64,000 nucleotides of DNA from Candidatus Omnitrophota bacterium (GTDB lineage: Bacteria; Omnitrophota; Gorgyraeia; JABMRG01; JAFGKX01). Position 1 is the first letter of the stretch, and every line of letters begins with the position of its first letter. The DNA lies in NCBI GenBank assembly GCA_043797125.1, contig JAZDPX010000012.1, forward strand, positions 24,376 through 88,375. The letters run 5' to 3'. The notes under the pieces are model-generated. The model made no database searches. It saw nothing but the letters and a program-made list of their open reading frames with translations, and was not told the origin of the DNA. A program made the translations under genes and the position numbers. Shown here one piece after another: positions 47,592 through 58,201 of this stretch.

Positions 47592-48474
47592 TTTGAAGTT
47601 GAAAGCCGTGAATAAGGTAAAAGAATTTATAATTGAAAAATTAATCTTTGTTTGTGGGTTAGTTTCCGTTTTTTTTGTGGTATTAATTTTTCTTTTTCTG
47701 CTTAAAGAAGGGCTTGCGTTATTTAGGACCGCAGGCCCTTTAAAGTTTCTTTTTGGCAGGAACTGGTATCCTATTTCCGAACCGCCTCAGTTGGGAATAC
47801 TTCCGTTAATTCTCGGTTCATTATTTGTTACTTTAGGGGCAGCTATTATTTCTATCCCTATCGGGGTCGGGTGCGCGGTTTTCATCGCAGAAATAGCCCC
47901 CTTAAAAATCAAGGAGGCGCTCAAGGCAGGCATAGAATTGCTGGCAGCTATACCAAGCGTTGTCTTGGGATTTATCGGCATGGTGACCCTTGTGCCTTTG
48001 GTAAAAGGAGTTTTTCACCTGCCGACAGGGCTGACCGCATTGTCAGGGTCTGTAATGCTGGCATTTATGGCTATGCCCACAATAGTTTCAATAGCGGAGG
48101 ATGCGCTATATTCGGTCCCAAAGATATATAAAGAAGGCGCTCTCGCGCTTGGGGCGACGCGTTGGCAAATGATATGGCGGGTAATGCTTCCGGCTGCATC
48201 AAGCGGCATACTTGCGGCGGTCATGCTTGGGATAGGCAGGGTAATAGGCGAGACCATGGCGGTAATGATGATTACAGGCAATGCTGCGGTTATGCCGAAA
48301 AGCATTTTGGCGCCTGTCAGAACATTGACCGCTACCATTGCCGCTGAAATGGGCGAGGCTGTGATGGGCAGCGAACATTATTTTGCTTTGTTTGCCATTG
48401 GTATAGTTTTATTTGTTATCAGTTTTGCCATTAATGTAACCGCGGACTTATTTTTACACAAAAGGCAGGGATGA
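47575..48474 (+). CDS. pstC: phosphate ABC transporter permease PstC
   Basis: Six-TM BPD_transp_1 permease in pst operon context. Confidence 0.85.
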   Translation: MCLLNSLKLKAVNKVKEFIIEKLIFVCGLVSVFFVVLIFLFLLKEGLALFRTAGPLKFLFGRNWYPISEPPQLGILPLILGSLFVTLGAAIISIPIGVGCAVFIAEIAPLKIKEALKAGIELLAAIPSVVLGFIGMVTLVPLVKGVFHLPTGLTALSGSVMLAFMAMPTIVSIAEDALYSVPKIYKEGALALGATRWQMIWRVMLPAASSGILAAVMLGIGRVIGETMAVMMITGNAAVMPKSILAPVRTLTATIAAEMGEAVMGSEHYFALFAIGIVLFVISFAINVTADLFLHKRQG

Positions 48475-49319
48475 AAAACCCTTATAGAACACAAAATATC
48501 GCATTTTCACTTTTGTTCTTAGCGACGCTTTTAATAGTAATCCCTGTAGGCTTAATCGTCGTCGTTATTATACAGAAAGGGTTACCCGCAATTAACTGGC
48601 AGTTTCTTTCGGATATGCCGCGGCAAGGAATGCGTGCAGGCGGTATATTCCCGGCAATTATAGGAACGATATATTTGGTGACGGGCGCTATTGTTTTTGC
48701 TCTGCCGATAGGGCTTCTTGCGGCAATATACTTAACCGAATACGCAAAAGATAACCTGCTTACGCGCCTTATAAAATTGGCAATCGTCAACCTTGCAGGA
48801 GTGCCTTCTGTGGTTTACGGGCTTTTTGGCCTGGCGCTTTTTGTGGTATTTCTTAAATTCGGAGTATCGATTATTTCCGGCTCTCTTACCCTCGGGATTA
48901 TGATTCTTCCCGTCATTATTACTACTTCGCGCGAGGCCCTGGAAAGCGTGCCGCATTCATTTCGCGAAGTAAGCCTGTCTTTAGGCGCAAGCAAATGGCA
49001 GACCGTAAGGCACATTGTCCTTCCCAGCGCCGTACCGGGCATATTAACCGGAACTATTTTAGGTTTAGGAAGGGCGGCTGGAGAAACAGCTCCTATTCTT
49101 TTTACTGTCGCGGCTTTCTACCTGCCGCAATTGCCCAATTCTATCTTTGATCAGGCGATGGCGTTGCCCTACCATCTCTATGTCATCTCAACACAGGTGC
49201 CTAATGTCGATGAGAAGATAAGGTATGGGACAGCGTTTGTCTTGCTAACATTGGTTTTATTTATGAACCTAGTGGCGATAATAATACGCTATAAGTTTAG
49301 AAAGAAAAAGAAATGGTAG
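48471..49319 (+). CDS. pstA: phosphate ABC transporter permease PstA
   Basis: Six-TM permease with EAA-like loop, in pst operon. Confidence 0.85.
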   Translation: MKNPYRTQNIAFSLLFLATLLIVIPVGLIVVVIIQKGLPAINWQFLSDMPRQGMRAGGIFPAIIGTIYLVTGAIVFALPIGLLAAIYLTEYAKDNLLTRLIKLAIVNLAGVPSVVYGLFGLALFVVFLKFGVSIISGSLTLGIMILPVIITTSREALESVPHSFREVSLSLGASKWQTVRHIVLPSAVPGILTGTILGLGRAAGETAPILFTVAAFYLPQLPNSIFDQAMALPYHLYVISTQVPNVDEKIRYGTAFVLLTLVLFMNLVAIIIRYKFRKKKKW

Positions 49320-49326
49320 CGCTGCA

Positions 49327-50070
49327 ATGAAATTTAAGATACGCGATCTGAATATTTGGTTTGGCTGTGTGCGCGCCATAAAGCAATTGAACATGGAAAT
49401 TCAGGCCAATGAAATTCTAAGCATAATAGGGCCTTCAAACAGCGGGAAAACGACTTTCTTGCGGGCGCTCAACCGCCTTAACGATCTCAACGCGGATTTT
49501 AAAATAAAAGGAACAATAGAGTTTGAAAAAAAAGATATCCGCGCGGTTGAGGTAGGAGAATTGCGGCGCAAGATAGGCATGGTATTCGCGCTGCCGTTGC
49601 CTTTGCCGTTATCCATATTTGATAATGTAGCCTACGGGCTAAGAATGTCCGGCGAAAGAAAAGCCAGCAACTTGGAAAATAAGGTAAAAGAGGCATTGAA
49701 TCAGGCGCATCTTTGGGATGAAGTAAAAGACAGATTAAACGAATCAGCTTTTAAATTATCAGGAGGCCAGCAGCAGCGCCTCTGTATCGCAAGGACGTTG
49801 GCGGTAGGGCCCGAGGTAATTCTGTTTGACGAACCCTGCTCGGGGCTTGATCCCATTTCCACGGCAAAAGTGGAAGATGCAATGATTAAGCTCAAAGAAA
49901 AATACACGATAGTTTTGGTAACCAATAACGTAAAGCAGGCCGCGAGGGTAGGAGATAAAACAGCGTTCTTTTTAAGCGGCGAGCTCGTTGAGTTGGACAG
50001 GACCGATAAGATTTTTACCGCTCCGCAAGACAAGCGCACGAACGATTACATAATAGGAAAATTCGGCTGA
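49327..50070 (+). CDS. pstB: phosphate ABC transporter ATP-binding protein PstB paralog 1 (intact LSGGQ; Q-loop Gln and H-loop His substituted)
   Basis: Walker A GPSNSGKT, signature LSGGQQQRL, Walker B ILFDEP. Q-loop position reads MVFALPLP. H-loop reads VTNN instead of VTHN. Confidence 0.9.
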   Translation: MKFKIRDLNIWFGCVRAIKQLNMEIQANEILSIIGPSNSGKTTFLRALNRLNDLNADFKIKGTIEFEKKDIRAVEVGELRRKIGMVFALPLPLPLSIFDNVAYGLRMSGERKASNLENKVKEALNQAHLWDEVKDRLNESAFKLSGGQQQRLCIARTLAVGPEVILFDEPCSGLDPISTAKVEDAMIKLKEKYTIVLVTNNVKQAARVGDKTAFFLSGELVELDRTDKIFTAPQDKRTNDYIIGKFG

Positions 50071-50825
50071 TGGTAAAAATTACAACTAAAAATCTAAACC
50101 TTTGGTATGGCGCTTTTCATGCCTTAAAGAACATAAACTCGAGCTTTGAGGCAAATAGAATTACGGCCATAATCGGGCCTTCGGGGTGCGGCAAATCCAC
50201 CCTGCTTAGAGTCTTCAACCGGATGAACGACTTAATAGACGGGGTGCGCACCGACGGCGAAGTTTTAATAGACGATACAAATATCCTGAATTCCCACACA
50301 GATTTGGTGTTTCTACGCAAAAAGGTAGGGATGGTATTCCAGCGGCCCAATCCATTTCCTTTGTCAATTTATGAAAATATTGTTTTTGGGCAAAAGATTC
50401 ATGCCGACAGCATAACCAGAGGCGCATTGAATACAATTGTGGAGGCAAGCCTGAGGGACGTCCTTCTGTGGGATGAATTGAAGGACAGGCTTAATAAGCC
50501 TGCCTTGATGTTGTCGCTGGAGCAGAAACAAAGGCTTTGCATTGCGCGGCTTATTGCCGTTAAACCCGACGTATTATTAATGGATGAGCCCTGTTCCGCC
50601 CTGGACCCGCAGGCAACCGCAAGGGTCGAAGAATTGATGCGTGAACTGAGGAACAGGTACACCATAATAATAGTCACCCATAATATGCAGCAGGCAGCGC
50701 GCGTTTCGGATAATACGGGTTTTATGCTTTTAGGCGAGTTGATAGAATTTGGAAAAACACAAGAAATATTTACTGCTCCGTCTGATAAACGCACGGAAGA
50801 TTACATTACCGGAAGATACGGATGA
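50070..50825 (+). CDS. pstB: phosphate ABC transporter ATP-binding protein PstB paralog 2 (canonical Walker A/Q/H; degenerate signature LSLEQ)
   Basis: Walker [11 protein letters not shown]-loop [10 protein letters not shown], Walker B LLMDEP, H-loop [11 protein letters not shown]. Signature position reads LSLEQKQRL. Confidence 0.9.
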   Translation: MVKITTKNLNLWYGAFHALKNINSSFEANRITAIIGPSGCGKSTLLRVFNRMNDLIDGVRTDGEVLIDDTNILNSHTDLVFLRKKVGMVFQRPNPFPLSIYENIVFGQKIHADSITRGALNTIVEASLRDVLLWDELKDRLNKPALMLSLEQKQRLCIARLIAVKPDVLLMDEPCSALDPQATARVEELMRELRNRYTIIIVTHNMQQAARVSDNTGFMLLGELIEFGKTQEIFTAPSDKRTEDYITGRYG

Positions 50826-50828
50826 AAA

Positions 50829-50875
50829 GTCCCTCGGAAGCTCTTATTCATCGCTTCCTCGGGACGATTTTTGTT
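50829..50875 (+). terminator. rho-independent terminator after pstB2
   Basis: GTCCCTCGGAAGC...GCTTCCTCGGGAC stem followed by GATTTTTGTT. Confidence 0.55.
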
Positions 50876-50897
50876 CCACAAAAATCGGAGGCCAAAC

Positions 50898-51563
50898 ATG
50901 GAAAGACATGTTGACCACGAACTAAAAGAACGCAAAGCAGATATGTTAAGGAGGGGCGCTTTGGCGGAAGAGGCCATCTATAAATCAATTGAGGCGCTGA
51001 AGAACCGGGATAAGGCTGCGGCGGAATCCGTTATAGACGACGATTCCAATATCGATAAATTAGAATTGGCCGTGGATGAAAAATGCATTGATTTGATAGC
51101 GCGCTATCAACCCATGGCTCGTGACCTTCGCTTTATCGCAACCGGTATGAAAATAAACGCCGAGCTTGAAAGGATAGCGGATATTGCGGTGGATATAGCT
51201 CAGCGTACGCTTGAAATCGTGGATAAACCTTTGTTAAAACCGTTAATCGATATACCCAAGATAACTACCATTGCTCAAAACATGGTCAAGATGTCCATTG
51301 ACGCGTTCGTCAAAGGCGACAGCGCCCTAGCCAAAAAAGTCTTATTATCCGATACCGAAGCTGATCAGCTTCGTAATGCTATACAAAAGGAACTCATCGA
51401 GGATTACATGGCCAAAGACGGCAGCACTGCGTCGAGGGCGGTTCAATTACTGCTGATAGCCCGTTTTTTGGAGCGCATATGCGATCATGCTACCAATATA
51501 GCGGAAGATGTGATATATATGGTTCAGGCAGAAGTTGTAAGGCATCATCCCGAGAAGATTTGA
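50898..51563 (+). CDS. phoU: phosphate signalling complex protein PhoU
   Basis: Two PhoU repeats. RBS GGAGG before ATG 50898. The ORF-track TTG start at 50871 lies in the terminator. Confidence 0.85.
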   Translation: MERHVDHELKERKADMLRRGALAEEAIYKSIEALKNRDKAAAESVIDDDSNIDKLELAVDEKCIDLIARYQPMARDLRFIATGMKINAELERIADIAVDIAQRTLEIVDKPLLKPLIDIPKITTIAQNMVKMSIDAFVKGDSALAKKVLLSDTEADQLRNAIQKELIEDYMAKDGSTASRAVQLLLIARFLERICDHATNIAEDVIYMVQAEVVRHHPEKI

Positions 51564-51576
51564 AGGAGGAATAAAG

Positions 51577-52233
51577 ATGAATAATAAAGAGCGGGTATCC
51601 GCCATGCAGAAATTGAGAAAGGATTTTTTAGCCGGCATAGCTATTATTTTTCCGATAGCGGTTACGGCATATATTTTAATCATAGCCTTTAAATTCGCGG
51701 ATGGAATTTTAGGCAAGGCGCTAAACAGGTATATACATTATTATTTTGGCTACAAGATCCCAGGAATAGGTATTGTGCTGGGAGTGCTTTTAGTGCTATT
51801 CACAGGAATGCTTGCCAATCGTTTTATCGGCATAAAATTGTTTCCGGTTTTGGAGCGCTTTATAATAAAACTGCCGATTCTGCGGCATATCTATGCGCCG
51901 GCAAAACAGCTCTCGAATTTTTTCTTTAAAAACAATAAAGATTCTGTGTTCAACAGGGTTGTCCTGGTTCCGTATCCGAACGACGATACCTATTCAATAG
52001 GGTTCATGACAAACGATGAATTATCCGAAATTGACGCAAAATTAGGTAAAAAGATTGTGTCAGTGCTTATTTCAACGCCGCCATCGCCTTTTAGCGGGCC
52101 TATTATTTTTGTTCCAAAAGAAAAGGTAAAGCCGCTTGATTTATCCATGGAAGAGGCGATTAAATTTATCGTGTCAGGGGGATTGATTGCCCCTAACAGG
52201 TATCTTAACAAGAATAAAGAAAACATAATATGA
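51577..52233 (+). CDS. DUF502-family membrane protein
   Basis: Two N-terminal TM helices. Sequence pattern resembles DUF502. Assigned by eye. Confidence 0.5.
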   Translation: MNNKERVSAMQKLRKDFLAGIAIIFPIAVTAYILIIAFKFADGILGKALNRYIHYYFGYKIPGIGIVLGVLLVLFTGMLANRFIGIKLFPVLERFIIKLPILRHIYAPAKQLSNFFFKNNKDSVFNRVVLVPYPNDDTYSIGFMTNDELSEIDAKLGKKIVSVLISTPPSPFSGPIIFVPKEKVKPLDLSMEEAIKFIVSGGLIAPNRYLNKNKENII

Positions 52234-53930
52234 TTTATCATATAGTTCTTATTGCCGTAGTATTTTTCATACTGGCTTTTCGTTTTTACGGCTCTTTTTT
52301 AGCCAAAAAATTTCAGGTTGAGGATTCTTCACCCACGCCTGCCTGCCAGATAAATGATGGCATAGATTACGTCCCTGCAAAACCTGCCTTGCTTTTAGGC
52401 CAGCATTTTTCAGCTATTGCCGCAGCCGGGCCAATTGTAGGGCCTATTCTTGCCTGCATCTGGTTTGGCTGGGTACCTGCGCTTTTATGGATTGTGTTAG
52501 GCGCGGTTTTTATAGGCGGCGTGCATGATTTCGGCAGTTTATTCGCGTCGCTTAAGCACAAGGCAGCATCTATAGGAGAAATTGTCAAGGATAACATGCC
52601 AAGGGTCTATAAATTATTTCTTGTCTTCGTGTGGCTTGCGCTGGTTTATGTCATTATTGCCTTTACCGATATTACCGCGCACACTTTTAAGACAACTGTC
52701 GGGGGCGAGGCCTTTGGTCCGGCAGTGGCAGGCTCATCAGCTCTCTATCTTTTGGCAGCAATTGCAATGGGAATTTTATTATACCGTTTTAAAATCAGGC
52801 TTTGGCTGGCGACATTAATATTTTTACCTTTAATATTATTTATTATCTGGGCAGGGCCGCGCCTGCCGCAGCCTATATTAACTTCCTTGTCAGGAATTTC
52901 AGTCAAGCAATGGGATGCGATACTTTTGGTTTACTGCCTGGCAGCGTCTTTGTTCCCTGTGTGGCTTTTATTGCAGCCGCGAGGGTATTTAGGCGGCTGG
53001 TTTTTATATCTGGTTATTTTAATCGGGTTAATCGGGGCTGTCTTTGGCGGATTTCGCATAGAATATCCCGCTTTTAACTTAAGCGGATTAAAAAGCGCGG
53101 ATAATGCCAAATCAATTTTTCCTGTATTGTTTATTACCGTTGCCTGCGGCGCTGTTTCAGGATTTCACGGTATTGTTTCATCAGGCACTACCTCAAAACA
53201 GGTCTGCAAATATAAGGATAGTTTGCCCATTGGTTACGGCACGATGCTTTTAGAGGGGTTAGTAGCGGTTCTGGCGATAGCTACGGTGATTATGTTGCCA
53301 AAAGGTTCGCAGATTTTGAAATCCGACCCGAATTTAATTTATGCGCAAGGCCTTGCCCGCTATTTAGGTTTGCTGAAAATAAATTACGGGCTGGCTTTAG
53401 CTTTTGCGCTTTTGGCATTTTCCACTTTTGTGTACGACACGCTGGATGTCTGCACAAGGCTGGCGCGCTATATTTTCCAGGAATTAACAGGATGGAAATC
53501 AAGGCAAGGCGGATTTATAGCCGCTCTTATCAGCCTTATTATCCCTTTTGTTTTCCTTATGTTTACCGAGGAAAAGGGCTATCTTGTGGCGTGGCCTATT
53601 TTTGGCACATCAAATCAGCTTTTGGCCAGTTTGATATTATTGGCAATTTCAGTATGGCTGATTAAATCAGGGAAAAGGCCTTTTTATGTAATTTTACCGA
53701 TGTTATTTATGATGGTAATGACTATCTGGTCATTGTTTAGCTTGGTTGTTCCTTTTATCAGCAGCTTACCAGCAATATTACAGGGTGAAACAAGCGCTGA
53801 TATTTTAATTTCAGGCATTTGCGCAGTTGCGCTTTTGGCTTTAAGCCTTACGTTAATTTACGAGGCAGCCATATCGCTTATGGGCAATGGAAACAGTAAA
53901 GGCATTAAACAAGGAGCAAAAGTTTCTTAA
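52230..53930 (+). CDS. cstA: carbon starvation protein CstA-family transporter
   Basis: Polytopic, about 16 TM helices. N-terminus VVFFILAFRFYGSFLAKKF is CstA-like. Confidence 0.8.
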   Translation: MIYHIVLIAVVFFILAFRFYGSFLAKKFQVEDSSPTPACQINDGIDYVPAKPALLLGQHFSAIAAAGPIVGPILACIWFGWVPALLWIVLGAVFIGGVHDFGSLFASLKHKAASIGEIVKDNMPRVYKLFLVFVWLALVYVIIAFTDITAHTFKTTVGGEAFGPAVAGSSALYLLAAIAMGILLYRFKIRLWLATLIFLPLILFIIWAGPRLPQPILTSLSGISVKQWDAILLVYCLAASLFPVWLLLQPRGYLGGWFLYLVILIGLIGAVFGGFRIEYPAFNLSGLKSADNAKSIFPVLFITVACGAVSGFHGIVSSGTTSKQVCKYKDSLPIGYGTMLLEGLVAVLAIATVIMLPKGSQILKSDPNLIYAQGLARYLGLLKINYGLALAFALLAFSTFVYDTLDVCTRLARYIFQELTGWKSRQGGFIAALISLIIPFVFLMFTEEKGYLVAWPIFGTSNQLLASLILLAISVWLIKSGKRPFYVILPMLFMMVMTIWSLFSLVVPFISSLPAILQGETSADILISGICAVALLALSLTLIYEAAISLMGNGNSKGIKQGAKVS

Positions 53931-54911
53931 ATGGATCTAGTTCTAGTAGGTTCAATTTTATTGATGGCTATTGCAGTAGGATGGTCAATAGGCGCAAACG
54001 ACGCAGCTAATTCTTTAGGCACTGCAGTTGGCTCAAGAGTGTTGACATTGCGTCAGGCGATTATTCTGATCAGCGTCTTTGGTTTTCTCGGAGCATTTCT
54101 GCAGGGCGCTCATGTAACCAAAACCATTGGTAAAGGCATTGTAGCCATTGATAAATTAGACAAAGACGCGGCTTTGTATTTAGCTTTAGTCGCTTGTTTC
54201 GCTACTTGCGCGTGGGTAATATTGGCTACTTACTGGAAGATGCCTATCTCTACCAGTCACTCTATTGTTGGCGCAGTGGCAGGCGCAGGCATTGCTATAC
54301 ACGAGCCGCTTAAATGGAAAGTCCTTTTTGACATATTTCTTTGCTGGGTGTTTACCCCTGTCGGCGCGGCTGTTTTAGGGTATCTGTTTTACCGGATTTT
54401 TAAAATTATATTTTACAAGTTTTTTCCGCGCAAATACCTGAAGCAAACTTTAACGGTTTTGATAATTGTAAGCGGCTGTTATGTTTCTTATACATGGGGA
54501 GCAAACGATGTTGCTAATGCAACCGGAGTTATTGCTGGCGCAGGGGTGCTTACGCCGACAACGAGCGTGATCCTGGGCGGCCTGGCAATAGCCTTAGGCA
54601 TTATAACATGGGGATATAAAGTTATTGAAACAATCGGCGTGCGCATAACATCGCTTTTGCCGATTATGGCGTTTTCAGCGCAATTAGCCAGCGCTATTAA
54701 CGTCCATGTTTACACCATTTTTGGCATACCTGTTTCTACAAGCCATTCTATTGTAGGTGCGATTTTCGGCGTGGGATTAGTCAGGGGCGTCAGGGCTGTT
54801 AATATGCATATCTTAAAGGAAATAATTGTCTGCTGGTTAGCTACGCCGTTTATTTCCGGGGTAATCAGTTTTTTACTTTTAAAGGGTATTGCGATTTTTA
54901 TAAAAATATAG
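53931..54911 (+). CDS. inorganic phosphate transporter, PiT (PHO4) family
   Basis: Duplicated GANDVAN signature (GANDAANSLGTAVGS and GANDVANATG). Confidence 0.85.
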   Translation: MDLVLVGSILLMAIAVGWSIGANDAANSLGTAVGSRVLTLRQAIILISVFGFLGAFLQGAHVTKTIGKGIVAIDKLDKDAALYLALVACFATCAWVILATYWKMPISTSHSIVGAVAGAGIAIHEPLKWKVLFDIFLCWVFTPVGAAVLGYLFYRIFKIIFYKFFPRKYLKQTLTVLIIVSGCYVSYTWGANDVANATGVIAGAGVLTPTTSVILGGLAIALGIITWGYKVIETIGVRITSLLPIMAFSAQLASAINVHVYTIFGIPVSTSHSIVGAIFGVGLVRGVRAVNMHILKEIIVCWLATPFISGVISFLLLKGIAIFIKI

Positions 54912-54921
54912 GAGGAATAAA

Positions 54922-55590
54922 ATGAAGGAGAGAAGGAATTTTTTAGGCTGGCTTGAAATGGCGGAGGAACAATCAATTCTACAGGATGCCCAGAAGCATG
55001 TAGATGAAACCTACAAGACAGTTACATATTTTGCCGAGGCGATTAAGGCGTTTATTCAGGGCGACCTTAATGCCAAGGCCGCCGCAATTGAAAGCGTGAG
55101 AAAAAGCGAGCACGAAGCGGATATACTAAGGTCTAAAATGGTAAAGGAGCTATCAGAGGGCATATTCATGCCGCCTGACAGAGAAGAGATGATGCGTTTT
55201 GTCAGGACCCTGGATAAGATTGCTGACTGGACAAACGGGGCTGCCAGGATTTTGGGATTTATCGAGCATAAAATCCCGGAACCAATCTTGCAGAATATCT
55301 CAAGTGCCGCAGGATTGATTTTTAATTCAATTAGCAGTCTCAAAGAGGCTATTAAGGCCTTAACCAAAAATGACTTAAAAAACGCGTTAGCCAGCTGCGA
55401 AGATGTTGATAGAATCGAGCACGATGCCGATGACCAGAAAAAAGTCTTAATCGAGTCAATTATACACGCTAAGCTTGAGCCGACAAGCCTTTTACTATGT
55501 TATCAATTGGCAGAATATATGGAAGGCGTAACAGATAAAATAGAAGACGCGGCTGATTTTGTTAAGATTACTGCTATAAAATCGAAATAA
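54922..55590 (+). CDS. PhoU-like DUF47 protein (Pit accessory/regulatory protein)
   Basis: Helical bundle with PhoU-like repeats. Immediately downstream of the PiT gene, as is typical for DUF47. Confidence 0.65.
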   Translation: MKERRNFLGWLEMAEEQSILQDAQKHVDETYKTVTYFAEAIKAFIQGDLNAKAAAIESVRKSEHEADILRSKMVKELSEGIFMPPDREEMMRFVRTLDKIADWTNGAARILGFIEHKIPEPILQNISSAAGLIFNSISSLKEAIKALTKNDLKNALASCEDVDRIEHDADDQKKVLIESIIHAKLEPTSLLLCYQLAEYMEGVTDKIEDAADFVKITAIKSK

Positions 55591-55604
55591 TAAAAGAGGT
55601 TTTT

Positions 55605-56135
55605 ATGATGCCGGTTGGACCACTGATGAAAGAACACAGGCTTATCGAGCGCATGATACGGATAACGGGTGGTAAGCTTGATAAAATAAAGCAAACAAAA
55701 GATGCGGATACGCTATTTATTGACGCGGCAGTGGATTTCATAAGGACATACGCGGACAAATGCCATCACGGCAAAGAGGAAGACATATTATTCAGGGAGC
55801 TTGCTAAGAAGGAATTATCCGACGAGCATAAGAAAATTATGAATGAATTAATAGAAGAGCATAAGCTAGCTAGAAATAATACAAGACAGCTAATTACAGC
55901 AAAAGAGAATTACGCTAAAGGCGATAAAAACGCTTTAAAAGATATCATGTCAAATATGGAAATATTAGTTAAATTTTATCCAAAACACATCGAGAAAGAA
56001 GATAAACGTTTTTTTATTCCGTGCATGAGCTATTTTACAGAGCTTCAAAGAGATGCAATGCTTAGCGAAATGCTGGAATTTGACAGAAACATGATTCATA
56101 AAAAATACGCCGATATTGTCGAAGGATATGAATAA
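55605..56135 (+). CDS. hemerythrin HHE cation-binding domain protein
   Basis: H...HxxxE pattern (KCHHGKEEDILF, EEHK). Four-helix-bundle length. Confidence 0.65.
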   Translation: MMPVGPLMKEHRLIERMIRITGGKLDKIKQTKDADTLFIDAAVDFIRTYADKCHHGKEEDILFRELAKKELSDEHKKIMNELIEEHKLARNNTRQLITAKENYAKGDKNALKDIMSNMEILVKFYPKHIEKEDKRFFIPCMSYFTELQRDAMLSEMLEFDRNMIHKKYADIVEGYE

Positions 56136-56574
56136 TTCAAGAAGAGCCCCCATAGTGCTTTCCCAGAAAATAGCGATGTTAATTATAGTTGTGTTTTCTT
56201 TATCTGCTTCAGTCAGATTATTCAGTTACGCGGTTGATTTCAACGGTGCGGATATAAAGAATAACAACATAAGCCGATATGAAAGCCGCTTTAGCGAAAT
56301 CAGGAAAATGTTAGCTAGCGAAAAGGTTGTCGGGTATATTACGGAAAAGACTCCGGAAGAAATCACTGCTGATGCAAACGCTACGGCTGAGTATTTTTTG
56401 ACACAATACGCTATTTCGCCGACGGTTGTCGATAATAAAAAATTTGACGGTCTCGTCGTAGGAAATCTTCACTCCGGCTATTTATCTGGTAATGCCAGCA
56501 CTAAAAAACTTTCTTTAATAAAAAATTTCGGAAACGGTGTAATGCTATTAAAGAGTGTAGGAGAATCAGAATGA
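56116..56574 (+). CDS. membrane-anchored hypothetical protein
   Basis: N-terminal TM helix. No recognisable motif. Confidence 0.3.
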   Translation: MSKDMNNSRRAPIVLSQKIAMLIIVVFSLSASVRLFSYAVDFNGADIKNNNISRYESRFSEIRKMLASEKVVGYITEKTPEEITADANATAEYFLTQYAISPTVVDNKKFDGLVVGNLHSGYLSGNASTKKLSLIKNFGNGVMLLKSVGESE

Positions 56575-57992
56575 TAATAGCTTCCTTATTCGCTTTTCTT
56601 TTGCCGGCAATGATAGGCCTACTAATAATTTATTTATCTTGGCCGGATCAATACTCAATTTTTAAAAATCCCCTGATTAAATTTTCACTTGCGATAGGCT
56701 TAGGATTTGGAATATCGTCATTATGTTTTTTTATTTGGGTCATCATTCTTGGCCCTAAGAACGGATTTGTTCCTTCCATAATGTCAGAATTTTTATTATT
56801 AATCGTATTATCTATTATCGCCTTGCGGCACCTCAAGAAAAACGCCGGATCTCAAATGCAAGATTGCGGTATCCGCCCAAATCCCGTTAAGCACCAGCTC
56901 CTCTACAAGATTCTTTTAAGCGTTACTTGCGTTGTTTTCGCAATGACGGCGGTATCTTTTATATGCATGTCACTTAAAGAACCGCACGGAGGTTGGGACG
57001 CGTGGGCCATATGGAATATGCATGCGCGTTTCCTATTTAGAGGCGACCTTGATTGGCGCAATGTATTTTCTGCAGCAATAGACTGGACACATTCTGATTA
57101 CCCTTTTCTTATTCCAGGGCTAATAGCTCGCTGTTGGAGATTTATAGGCAAGGAGATGGTGTGGCCGCCTTGTGCAATAGCCATGCTTTTTACGCTAGGG
57201 ACAGCTGGCGTAATCATTTCTTCACTTTCTATAATAAAAGGTAAAATAGATGGCCTTTTGGGCGGTTTGATGTTAATGGGAACATCTTTTTTTATACAAC
57301 ACGGCGCCTCGCAGTATGTGGATGTGCCGCTGTCATTCTTTTTTTGTTCGGTTTTGGCGCTATTTAGTATCATAGATTTTTCATATCACGATAGGCAAAA
57401 ACTTTTACCTTTAGCGGGCATGATGGCGGCTTTTTCAGCATGGACCAAAAATGAAGGTATTGTATTTCTTTTTTCGCTTATCGCGGCACGATTTATAATA
57501 GTTATAAGATCCAGAGGTTTTAAGGCCTATATGAAAGAAACAGGGTTATTGATAATAGGCATAATGCCGGTCGCTCTTGTTTTGGCTTATTTTAAGTTGT
57601 ATTTAGCGCCGCGCAACGACCTTTCCAGAGGTAATTTTTTAGCAACCGTAACAGATTTTCCCAGATATCTTTTTATCATAAAGGCCTTCCTTGGCCAGTT
57701 TATACATTTTGGAGCTTTTTTCATAGGAGCAATACCTCTTTTATTTATATACCTGTTTATATCAGGAGTAAGCATAAAGAAAAAATATATTTCAGTTCCA
57801 GCGACCTCATTTATAGTTCTTTGTCTGATGACCTGTTTTTACTTCCTTGTGTATCTTATTACGCCACGCGACCTAAGCTGGCATCTGGGCACATCTCTTG
57901 ATCGTCTGTTCCTGCAATTATGGCCCAGCACAATATTGTTTATTTTTCTTATAGCCAAACCTATTGAAGGAGACCAGCTAACATTACAATGA
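56571..57992 (+). CDS. polytopic integral membrane protein, hypothetical (possible GT-C-like glycosyltransferase)
   Basis: At least 11 predicted TM helices. Start codon overlaps the upstream stop. No diagnostic motif recognised. Confidence 0.4.
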   Translation: MIIASLFAFLLPAMIGLLIIYLSWPDQYSIFKNPLIKFSLAIGLGFGISSLCFFIWVIILGPKNGFVPSIMSEFLLLIVLSIIALRHLKKNAGSQMQDCGIRPNPVKHQLLYKILLSVTCVVFAMTAVSFICMSLKEPHGGWDAWAIWNMHARFLFRGDLDWRNVFSAAIDWTHSDYPFLIPGLIARCWRFIGKEMVWPPCAIAMLFTLGTAGVIISSLSIIKGKIDGLLGGLMLMGTSFFIQHGASQYVDVPLSFFFCSVLALFSIIDFSYHDRQKLLPLAGMMAAFSAWTKNEGIVFLFSLIAARFIIVIRSRGFKAYMKETGLLIIGIMPVALVLAYFKLYLAPRNDLSRGNFLATVTDFPRYLFIIKAFLGQFIHFGAFFIGAIPLLFIYLFISGVSIKKKYISVPATSFIVLCLMTCFYFLVYLITPRDLSWHLGTSLDRLFLQLWPSTILFIFLIAKPIEGDQLTLQ

Positions 57993-58201
57993 TACAGATA
58001 TCCAGATGGCATATCTCCCAACTGCCTCTCAACGCCACCTTTTTCTTAAGAGATATTTTTAATGGATAAACATATACACATACGTACTTTCGGATGGCCG
58101 TTGTCCACCCTATAGACGCACGATGGCGAGCTTGGCGGAGGCGTTGGTAGGGGCGGATTGAGAGCAAGTATTATAGACAGGTTTATTAAAGGTTGTGATG
58201 T

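Noticed and set aside
50871-50897. TTG at 50871 as the phoU start, and similarly the upstream ORF-track starts at 5264, 19095, 17168, 39515, 40030, 43649, 59598 and 62111.
   Set aside because: In each case a downstream ATG has a better Shine-Dalgarno sequence and gives the canonical family N-terminus. The longer versions run into terminators, repeats or the preceding gene.
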